IMG/VR virus record: IMGVR_UViG_3300010167_000013
Reading direction: 5' to 3' (one strand)
From: a virus
Taxonomy: Duplodnaviria > Caudoviricetes
Length of the DNA stretch: 64,000 nucleotides
Shown here: piece by piece, positions 38,582 to 46,723 of the stretch
Position numbering within the stretch: the stretch's first letter is position 1
Layout of the letters: each line of letters begins with the position of its first letter
Position numbers and translations under genes: made by a program
Notes under the pieces: generated by a model
What the model was told of the DNA's origin: nothing
The model's database searches: none
Seen by the model: only the letters and a program-made list of their open reading frames with translations

Positions 38582-40468
38582 ATGCCAAAAATTAAACCAG
38601 AAGGATTTATACTAGCATGTGACAAATGTCATAAAGAATTTGACTGCAGCAAACAGCAATCACGTAGGTCCAAGAGGAAAGGATACTATAGATGCAGAAG
38701 CTGTGCAAGAAAGAGTAACAATCCTATGTACACCAGAAAGTATGAGTTCATATGCAAGGATTGTGGAGTGAAGGAAACCCTTTCATATGAAGGGTATAGA
38801 ACTGTAACAAAGAGAGGGTATTATCAGTGTAGAAGTTGTATTAGTAAGCAACAATATGTCGATAATCCTGATCTTGGGAATATTCATGGAGATAAAATGA
38901 ATGAATATTATATCGACAATCCTGATGCCCATAGTATCCATAGTAAAAGTTATTGGGATTCCATGGAAGATCAAGAAAGATCTTCCCGGAACAAGCAGCC
39001 GTATATTGACGATCCAATGCTATCAAAATTCCAAGGTAAACGATTATTAGAAGATAGGGAAAAATGGTTTAACTCATTATCACCTGAGGCTCAACAAGAA
39101 CATATCACAAGTCATCTTAATTCCTTGCATACCGGAAGAGACAGATACTATGAGGGACTATCAAAAGAGGATCTAATGTCTCGTAGCAAGGTTGCAACAG
39201 AAGGTTACTTCAAGTGGCTAAACGGTATGACTGATGCACAATTCTTTGAATACAATAACAAAAGGTTGGCCAAAACCGGTGGAAAAAATAATCTACACAA
39301 GAAATTCGAAAAATGGTTCGAAGAATCATATATCTCAAATCAATTTCATATCTACCCGGAATATAGGGTAATAGTTGAAGGAATCCCTAAACGTTGGGAC
39401 TATGTAATATACGATAAAGTTACCAATGAACTAGCTATGGTGGTAGATCTAGACGGTAGACGCTTTCATGGAGATTATGGAGATTATGATGGTATACATG
39501 GCAAAGAGGAATATGACGAGCGTAGATATCAATTTATCCCCAATGGTGTAAAATTATGTATCATATACGAGGAAAGTTTCTCTAATTCATTCGATTACAT
39601 GATCAAACAACTAGTACTGAATTATGACGAATTTATTGAGGAACAATTCAAAACATGTAGAAACATACCATTCCCAAATCCTAAATACCAAGAAAAAGAT
39701 CTAATTACTGCATGGAAACATTTGGGGAAAATAGATCCAAACTATAAATATCTCAAGAAGTCCACCAATAGTCGGGTGGGGGATAGAGTAATTACCCATT
39801 TCCATGAGTCCATATATTCAGCTAATGTGAAAGGTGATATATCACCACATGCAGCATGGTATGATGATGACCTACTGAAGAAGGTTATAATGAATAGAGT
39901 TATCTACATAAATCATCTAAACCCAAACAAAATTCTCCAGGGATTTAACATCAGTAAGATAGCACCAAAGGTTAGTGTATTCTCAGCTGGTAGAGCTAAG
40001 TTACTCATTCACAAATACCTCAATGACTATCAAGTTGTATTTGATCCATTCAGTGGGTTCAGTGGTAGAATGTTGGGTACACTAGCATTGGGTAAACAGT
40101 ATGTAGGACAGGACATCAGTGAGATACATGTCAGGGAGTCTAATGACATCATTGAGTTTTTAGTAGCTAATAGCTGCATCGAGAGAGATATTGTTACAGT
40201 TACTTGTAGGGATATACTACAGTCATCAGGTGAATATGGCTGTCTATTCACATGTCCTCCATATGGTGATAAAGAACAATGGTTAGATGTCCCAGTAAGT
40301 AGGAAATCTTGTGATGATTGGATAGACGAATGCCTACAGAGGTTCAAGTGTAACAAGTACTTGTTTGTGGTGGATAAGACTGAGAAGTATCAAAAATATA
40401 TAGTAGAGACTATAAGTACCAAAAGCCACCTAAGTAAAGTTAAAGAATACGTGATATTGATATGGTAA
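38582..40468 (+). CDS. Zn-ribbon / Vsr-DUF559-like endonuclease / amino-DNA-methyltransferase fusion
   Basis: Four CxxC; EYRV...KRWDY..VDLDGRRFHG nuclease motif; VFDPFSGFSGR (SAM motif I) and FTCPPY (motif IV). Confidence 0.75.
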   Translation: MPKIKPEGFILACDKCHKEFDCSKQQSRRSKRKGYYRCRSCARKSNNPMYTRKYEFICKDCGVKETLSYEGYRTVTKRGYYQCRSCISKQQYVDNPDLGNIHGDKMNEYYIDNPDAHSIHSKSYWDSMEDQERSSRNKQPYIDDPMLSKFQGKRLLEDREKWFNSLSPEAQQEHITSHLNSLHTGRDRYYEGLSKEDLMSRSKVATEGYFKWLNGMTDAQFFEYNNKRLAKTGGKNNLHKKFEKWFEESYISNQFHIYPEYRVIVEGIPKRWDYVIYDKVTNELAMVVDLDGRRFHGDYGDYDGIHGKEEYDERRYQFIPNGVKLCIIYEESFSNSFDYMIKQLVLNYDEFIEEQFKTCRNIPFPNPKYQEKDLITAWKHLGKIDPNYKYLKKSTNSRVGDRVITHFHESIYSANVKGDISPHAAWYDDDLLKKVIMNRVIYINHLNPNKILQGFNISKIAPKVSVFSAGRAKLLIHKYLNDYQVVFDPFSGFSGRMLGTLALGKQYVGQDISEIHVRESNDIIEFLVANSCIERDIVTVTCRDILQSSGEYGCLFTCPPYGDKEQWLDVPVSRKSCDDWIDECLQRFKCNKYLFVVDKTEKYQKYIVETISTKSHLSKVKEYVILIW

Positions 40469-40556
40469 GTTTCCGTGTATCATATATCCTACTAATTCAA
40501 TGATATATTCTATATATGTAACAAAATAAAATATATTATACTTGGGAGGTATAATC

Positions 40557-40850
40557 ATGAACGACAACGACTTGATGACGTACAAAGAGTTTGTTGCCAG
40601 CAGAACAACAAACAGCAGTTTGATAAAAACATTCAGACCGCATCTCAAACTTACCCAGGAACATCTTGGGAGACTCTTGGGTGTAAGACAGGACACGGTC
40701 TCTAGATGGGAAAAATCCATTGGCATCTCTGAGCATATGCCGATAAGTAAGTTGTGTAAATTTGCACAACTTTTAGGAGTTAGCGTTGAAGACCTAATGT
40801 ACCGCTATAGGGCAGTCAATGACAAACTTGTTTCGGTGAGGTATCAATAA
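40557..40850 (+). CDS. XRE-family HTH regulator
   Basis: LTQEHLGRLLGVRQDTVSRWE motif; GGGAGG RBS; promoter variant CATATAT-N11-AATGATATATTCT at 40481-40511. Confidence 0.85.
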   Translation: MNDNDLMTYKEFVASRTTNSSLIKTFRPHLKLTQEHLGRLLGVRQDTVSRWEKSIGISEHMPISKLCKFAQLLGVSVEDLMYRYRAVNDKLVSVRYQ

Positions 40851-40888
40851 AAAATAAACCCAGGCGAATTCGCCTGGGTTTATTTTTT
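40849..40888. terminator. Bidirectional terminator
   Basis: AAAATAAACCCAGGCGAATTCGCCTGGGTTTATTTT. Confidence 0.8.
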
Positions 40889-41603
40889 AATAATAAATTA
40901 TTTTTTCCAATGGACTAACAGCCTCTTCATTTCCTTCAATTGAGTTGTTGATTCCAGTAGTAATCATTCTATTGATATCTTCGAATACTAGCCCGGAAAA
41001 TGTCGATAGCCCTTCAACTACTCCACGTACATTCCCAGTAGCATAATCATATCCGTTAGGATTACTCTGTCTGCCATAATGCTGTCCATATCGTTCCTTG
41101 AAGTTGTTTGGATTACGATATATACTGGCGATAATCATCTCATATATCTTTGATGGAACCTTGAAGTTTACATTGGCTATTTCTAGGTTCCTCCACCATA
41201 TATCTAGAATCTTTGAATACTGCAATGTTCTAGGTAGTTTACCCATGAGCATTGTATTCAGGAAGGATTCAGCAATACCCTTCCCTTCCTGGATGGATTG
41301 ATGAAGTATATATGAGTCTTTCAAATACTTTGACACAATGACCTTTATTGTCCTACCGTTTACTTTGATCTCGTCATTTGAAATATCATATGTCGAGATA
41401 TTTACGATGGAAGGAATGTTCAATAATTTGATAGGACCTTCTACCCCGTTAGCATATGATCTGATGTAGACAATTCCAATTGTCTCAAATGAATCACCCT
41501 TGTTTATTGCGAATCCATCAGCTTCATAGTCAGATGGAATATATATTTCCAGGTAATCTTTTGAGTATATTCGTCCATCCTTGGCATACAATAATTCGTT
41601 CAT
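40887..41603 (-). CDS. Probable virion RNAP beta' C-terminal subunit
   Basis: KIYEMIIASIYR resembles beta' KHIEVIVRQM; STFSGLVFEDINRMITTG resembles SFISAASFQETTRVLTEA; ends SPLEKII. Confidence 0.55.
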   Translation of the reverse strand: MNELLYAKDGRIYSKDYLEIYIPSDYEADGFAINKGDSFETIGIVYIRSYANGVEGPIKLLNIPSIVNISTYDISNDEIKVNGRTIKVIVSKYLKDSYILHQSIQEGKGIAESFLNTMLMGKLPRTLQYSKILDIWWRNLEIANVNFKVPSKIYEMIIASIYRNPNNFKERYGQHYGRQSNPNGYDYATGNVRGVVEGLSTFSGLVFEDINRMITTGINNSIEGNEEAVSPLEKIIYY

Positions 41604-41618
41604 ATGGTCCCTCCCATT

Positions 41619-43814
41619 TTATTGATTTATTAACTCGAAAAAGTGAGGTTGAATCGAAACGGTATCATCGAAGGGATTCTCCAGCTCATTACGTCTTTTA
41701 GAATATACTTCATCATGAACATGTGGATTCACTGATACTAAATATTTTATTTGCTCCTCTACTCTAATAGCATCTTCGATGAATATTGATTCATATGTTA
41801 CATTTTCTGTAGAAAAAAATCCTGATAGATGATCCTTTTCTGCCATACGGGTTTCCATATCTATTTCAACTGGGCCTAATATCGGATGTTCTGATTTGAC
41901 GATCCCGAATATCTCTAAGTTGTCTCCAGTGTAGTAGATGTATATTGCATGTAGATAGCTCATCACACAGTCATCATGTTCCTTGGAGACAGCTTGTATT
42001 CTTCCAGTAGAGGTTCTCACCAGTTTACATATATCATCCACTAGATACTCAGTATTCAATAGCTGTTTGCATTCGTTCACATGTTTGAACAGCAACTCAA
42101 ACATTGCTTCTCGAACTTTTTTGGTCAAATAAGTTCCATACTTTTTCCAAGACTCTGCAGCTTTTCGTAATTCGTAATCTGCTTCAGATTCTTCTACCAT
42201 CTGTTCAAGTTGTCTTTTTGATTCCGACCAGTAGAGATTCTCCTTGATGGATGTTTGATTCACGATCATTTGAATCAAGAAGATACCCATGGAATTCTTT
42301 TCTGGAATTATCACGGCCTTTGGAATATGTTCGTTGACTAGAGTAACAAGCACTCTGCACAAATCGGTTCCTGAAATGTAGGGACTCTTGAACTCAGCAG
42401 CCACCTGGAGATTATATGGGTTGATGGCCGTGATTGAGGTATTGTCTCCTCCACCTCCTGCTGCAGGATCTATTCCAACTATGTATGGTATCCTCTCATC
42501 TAAATCCTTCAAGCCATTAATTGTTCTTCCTTGACCATGGTCGTAGAGGCGAAATCTCCACTTGTTATTCAGAATCAGATCCTTGTCAGACTTCTTCATA
42601 TTTGAAATCAGGAACTCAATATCTTCTGGACTAATTGGAGAATCTGATGAACCTCTCAGACGTTGCAGTAGTATCTCACGTCTGATAGCCATCTTGTCAC
42701 CAGCTAGCTTGTACTGTTCCATTACCCAGTCATATGTTTTCCTGACCTGGTAGTAGTGATACTCCAGGTAGAATACCTCAATAACCTCACGTTCTCTGAC
42801 AATAGTTTCATCAGCATGATATTGTTCTCTGTACACAGACATGTATTCCTGAATCTGTGTTTCTGTCATATCATATATTTTTTCAGACCATGGAATCATT
42901 GATTCAATAATTGGTTTTGATTCAATTCCTTCTCTTGTGTCCAAATTTCCACAAGTTGTTGTCATCATACGACCATATGGTTTCCCTTGGCTCTTGGCAT
43001 TATCGGCTGCCGTTTTGAATGCTGGAGCTGAGTTGGAAAGTAATTCCTTGAAGAATGGGGTGTGTTCTATCTCATCGAAATACAACATAGCAGCTGCAGC
43101 ACCACGAGCCATACCTTGAGCATGACTCAGGCTAGCTGGTCTTGGATGTATCTCCAGCCTATTGTGAAGTAAATTGTTCTGAAGTATCTCAGTAGACTGT
43201 CTGGCTTTCTTCACCTTTCCATCGTCTGCCTGGTATCTTTTGAACTGCAACCACTCCGGTAGTAATTCTATGTAATCCCTGAGATAGGCTAAATTTCGTT
43301 TTGTATTATCTGTCTCTTTCCCGAAGAAATGTACATTCAAATTTTGAGATAACTGAAATGCCCATGCAACTATGGTAGCAATAGTTCCTGTGGTTTTCCA
43401 TGTTTGACGAGGTTCACACAAACACCAGTCATATCTTTTATCAAAACACCATAGAGCTGCAGCTAGTCCTCTATGAAGCTCAAATGGAACTATACCTTTG
43501 TCGGTTCTCATTCTAACTACAGTTCTTGCATAAAACCATAGATTGTTCTGTAGTTCATGCATTAGGGCTTGAACTTCTTGCTTGGTTATATTTGGCTTGA
43601 ATGGATCTATGTCAGCAACTCGTGGATTGATTATATACAACATGAAGTAGTAGTTCTTTATTCCAAGTACCTTCAGCTCCATTGCTGTCTGAATGAATGA
43701 TTTGTTTGTTGGAGAAAAATCGAATAACTTACCATTTATTTCTCTGATATCACTAATGCTACTCACCTCCTTATTACGCACTGATTGCTTATTATCTAGG
43801 TAGTATTGGATCAT
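41619..43814 (-). CDS. terL: Terminase large subunit
   Basis: PRQTWKTT (Walker A variant), YFDE (Walker B), TTTCG, IVGIDPA and HDDCVMSY (RNase H nuclease) motifs. Confidence 0.9.
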   Translation of the reverse strand: MIQYYLDNKQSVRNKEVSSISDIREINGKLFDFSPTNKSFIQTAMELKVLGIKNYYFMLYIINPRVADIDPFKPNITKQEVQALMHELQNNLWFYARTVVRMRTDKGIVPFELHRGLAAALWCFDKRYDWCLCEPRQTWKTTGTIATIVAWAFQLSQNLNVHFFGKETDNTKRNLAYLRDYIELLPEWLQFKRYQADDGKVKKARQSTEILQNNLLHNRLEIHPRPASLSHAQGMARGAAAAMLYFDEIEHTPFFKELLSNSAPAFKTAADNAKSQGKPYGRMMTTTCGNLDTREGIESKPIIESMIPWSEKIYDMTETQIQEYMSVYREQYHADETIVREREVIEVFYLEYHYYQVRKTYDWVMEQYKLAGDKMAIRREILLQRLRGSSDSPISPEDIEFLISNMKKSDKDLILNNKWRFRLYDHGQGRTINGLKDLDERIPYIVGIDPAAGGGGDNTSITAINPYNLQVAAEFKSPYISGTDLCRVLVTLVNEHIPKAVIIPEKNSMGIFLIQMIVNQTSIKENLYWSESKRQLEQMVEESEADYELRKAAESWKKYGTYLTKKVREAMFELLFKHVNECKQLLNTEYLVDDICKLVRTSTGRIQAVSKEHDDCVMSYLHAIYIYYTGDNLEIFGIVKSEHPILGPVEIDMETRMAEKDHLSGFFSTENVTYESIFIEDAIRVEEQIKYLVSVNPHVHDEVYSKRRNELENPFDDTVSIQPHFFELINQ

Positions 43815-43819
43815 TTTTC

Positions 43820-43832
43820 AATTATATATTCT
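43820..43832 (+). promoter_or_regulatory. Early-type promoter core
   Basis: AATTATATATTCT upstream of the second DUF29 pair. Confidence 0.55.
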
Positions 43833-43856
43833 AATGTAGAATAATAAGAAAGGGAA

Positions 43857-44399
43857 ATGTTTATGAATGCTAATTTTGACGAAGTAGTACAGAATGAGCT
43901 TCGAGTAGTTCGAGAGCTATTGGAACGTGCTAATGTTGCACTGGAACATCTGCAGAATGGTAGAAGGGAAGAGTTTTTAAACGAAGCAGATGGTTTGTAC
44001 TTGGAGTCGAACAAAGCAGATGCTAGGAATGCCCTGAGTTTTGTGAGACTCATAATGATTCACCTCTTCAAGATAATGTATGGAAGAGATGAAAGATCTT
44101 CTAATATATTAAATAGGGAAATCAGGAATTTCCGATTTGACCTAACAGATATATTGGATTGGGACAAGAATAAACGTAATACAAGAGCTATTGAGCTTGT
44201 GGAGAATGAAATAGAGATTACCTACATCAGAGCTGTTAGAAGATTTCAAAGTACCATAATTGATGAACCTTCTGGATGTAGCATCGAAAATATCAGTATG
44301 TTTCCAACAGAGTGTCCTTGGACACTATCGCAACTTATCGATAGCTCAATAGTCGAGCTAATATTATTATTTGAAGGAGAGGATGTTAATAATGGATAA
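43857..44399 (+). CDS. DUF29-like protein (paralog 3)
   Basis: LYLES, MIHLFKIMY, EIRNFR and FPTECPWTLSQLID motifs. Confidence 0.7.
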   Translation: MFMNANFDEVVQNELRVVRELLERANVALEHLQNGRREEFLNEADGLYLESNKADARNALSFVRLIMIHLFKIMYGRDERSSNILNREIRNFRFDLTDILDWDKNKRNTRAIELVENEIEITYIRAVRRFQSTIIDEPSGCSIENISMFPTECPWTLSQLIDSSIVELILLFEGEDVNNG

Positions 44400-44934
44400 A
44401 ATACCAGAAGATTTACGTGAAATGATGGAAAGAGTAAATGCCAACACCGAGAATTTGCGAGTGATAAAAGAAACTCTAGCAACTATTCAGAAGGCGGTGA
44501 ACTATTATGAGCTTGGTGAAAATGAGGAGTTTTGGGAAACGGTTGATGAATTATACCTGGAGTCAAACAGGAGTGTTTCTGATAACGTGCTAACGTTTCT
44601 AGAATTACTAATGTTACACATGTTCAAACTTGCATACGGAAACAATAAAAATAGCAGTGACTATCTCATGAAAGAAATTCGTAATTTCAGGAAAGAAATT
44701 ATTTGGAGAACAGCATGGGACTTGAAGAAGAGGAGGAAAAATATCATCTCAATGGTAGTAGAACAACTAGACGTTGCATACAGTAGAGCTGTTAAGGAAT
44801 TTCAATGGATACTATCAACTTCCCAAAATGATTACTCAATTAGTACTACTAAGTCATTTGCATCAGAGTGCCCATGGTCCTTGCAGGAATTGATGGATTG
44901 TGATGTCGAAGATCTAATTTGGAGGATACAATGA
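44392..44934 (+). CDS. DUF29-like protein (paralog 4)
   Basis: LYLES, MLHMFKLAY, EIRNFR and ECPWSLQELMD motifs; start after GGAGAGG. Confidence 0.7.
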   Translation: MDKIPEDLREMMERVNANTENLRVIKETLATIQKAVNYYELGENEEFWETVDELYLESNRSVSDNVLTFLELLMLHMFKLAYGNNKNSSDYLMKEIRNFRKEIIWRTAWDLKKRRKNIISMVVEQLDVAYSRAVKEFQWILSTSQNDYSISTTKSFASECPWSLQELMDCDVEDLIWRIQ

Positions 44935-45977
44935 AACTATTTGAGAACCAAAAACTGAATAACCCAGAAGCATACAACAAGGGATTGTTTTACCTCTATA
45001 GAGATAACATCCGGAAGGGATCTGAATTCTTCAGGAACTGCGATGAGCTATTTACCAAATGTGATTTTGAGAAACTTCATTGGGATCTGATTAAATTCTT
45101 CTCCATACGACACAACGATCCTGACATCAATAGATTCGCTGCATGCATATATATTACATATGGTTTTGATGATGGAGTTCCTACTATGGATTACTGGCCA
45201 AACTCTTCCCATATAGAAAAGAGAACTGAGGTATTAGCGAGAATAAACGCTTTTCTCAAAGAGGATGAGGCAATACGAATAGTTAGTGATGGGGGCCTTC
45301 TAAATAATGTGAGCTACAACTATTGTTGGCATGGTAAATGGCAATATTCGTATGCTATGGATCTAGATGACTTCCTCACCGATGAAGCTTTGGATGAAGT
45401 GGCTAAAATTCGCAAGACAAGAAAAGACGAGTATCACGATAGATGTAGTAAGAGACAAATTGCTGCATCTAATCCAGATACCCAATTATCTGAACTTCTA
45501 ACATCAGGCTTTCCTGGTAAACTGATTGAGAGAACATTCGGAATAAAAACGGTAGGAGAGATGTTTGACCTGATAGCAAAAGATCAAGAGCATTTCTTCC
45601 GTAGGTTAGCAATCGCCAGAACACATGGGCATACCAATAATATTGATGAACATGTCAAGCGTACCAAGGAACTTCTACTCAAGAAGTTCAGACAGTGGGG
45701 TATTGAAATACCATCACAGAAGGTTCTAATAAGGGAAGAACATCCTCTACTTGATATCAAGATAAGGGAGGCTGTTACTGTAGCTGAGAAGTACGGGGCG
45801 GTTAGTGGTGAAGATCATAAACAGTGGATTATAGATCAGATGCTTCGTAGAATGCTGAATAAAGAATACAGTAAATGGGTCTCAATATACAATTCTCGTA
45901 TTGATGAAAATGGTAAACCATACATACCCTGGTGTGAAGGAGTAGAAATAGAAGAGGAGAATGTTAATGAAGAATAA
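44931..45977 (+). CDS. Hypothetical protein
   Basis: ATG after GGAGG; C-terminal HKQWIIDQM motif. Confidence 0.65.
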   Translation: MKLFENQKLNNPEAYNKGLFYLYRDNIRKGSEFFRNCDELFTKCDFEKLHWDLIKFFSIRHNDPDINRFAACIYITYGFDDGVPTMDYWPNSSHIEKRTEVLARINAFLKEDEAIRIVSDGGLLNNVSYNYCWHGKWQYSYAMDLDDFLTDEALDEVAKIRKTRKDEYHDRCSKRQIAASNPDTQLSELLTSGFPGKLIERTFGIKTVGEMFDLIAKDQEHFFRRLAIARTHGHTNNIDEHVKRTKELLLKKFRQWGIEIPSQKVLIREEHPLLDIKIREAVTVAEKYGAVSGEDHKQWIIDQMLRRMLNKEYSKWVSIYNSRIDENGKPYIPWCEGVEIEEENVNEE

Positions 45978-46677
45978 ATTCACAAGCCATCTGGTAAAAA
46001 ATAAACCTGGAAAGAAAAAGTATACCTGGTACACAGAAGAGGACATGGTTGAGTTATACGAATTCTATGGTGAACTATTTGGTGATAGCTATACAAATCT
46101 ACATGAGATAGTGTCAAACGATATCCATCTAGACGTTGTGATATACAAACCATCGATTTCTCGTCAATACTGGACATTGGTAACAATGGGAGCTGGATCT
46201 CACCCAATGAAAACTACCATGTATGATTCAGGTGGATGTAATAGAGTCGAATTGGTAATGACACTCCCAATGGACTGGCATCTGTATCTTCCAGGATGTG
46301 ATGATGTGGCCTCCACCGAAAGATGCTACTGGCCGATCAGATGGCTAAAAGACATGGGACGTGTTCTTATTAGCAATGATAGCTATTTAGATGAGGGACA
46401 CACCATGGAAATGGCTGACTGGAAAGTGAAAGAATCTCAAAGTGGATTCAGCAGTTTACTGGTAATTGGCCCGGTGATAGACTCGAAGAGCGAGCCAACA
46501 TATTTCCAATTTTCTGATGGAAGGAGATTACGTCTTCTCCAGGTAACACCCTTGTACAAAGAAGAATTAAATCATAAAGTTAACACTACTTCAGACAATC
46601 TATTGAATATGTTTGATCTGAATTGGCATGTTGTTACTATTGGTAGGCCTAACATGTGTTTACAAAAGGAGCAGTAA
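45961..46677 (+). CDS. Suppressor-of-fused (SUFU) domain protein
   Basis: HEIVS.DIHLDV, TLVTMG, RVELVM.LP.DW, WPIRWLK, GHT and PLYKEEL motifs. Confidence 0.8.
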   Translation: MLMKNKFTSHLVKNKPGKKKYTWYTEEDMVELYEFYGELFGDSYTNLHEIVSNDIHLDVVIYKPSISRQYWTLVTMGAGSHPMKTTMYDSGGCNRVELVMTLPMDWHLYLPGCDDVASTERCYWPIRWLKDMGRVLISNDSYLDEGHTMEMADWKVKESQSGFSSLLVIGPVIDSKSEPTYFQFSDGRRLRLLQVTPLYKEELNHKVNTTSDNLLNMFDLNWHVVTIGRPNMCLQKEQ

Positions 46678-46686
46678 TAAAGAACT

Positions 46687-46718
46687 AAAAAGAAGGGAGG
46701 CTAGCCTCCCTTCTTTTT
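46687..46718. terminator. Bidirectional terminator
   Basis: AAAAAGAAGGGAGGCTAGCCTCCCTTCTTTTT. Confidence 0.8.
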
Positions 46719-46723
46719 GTCAA

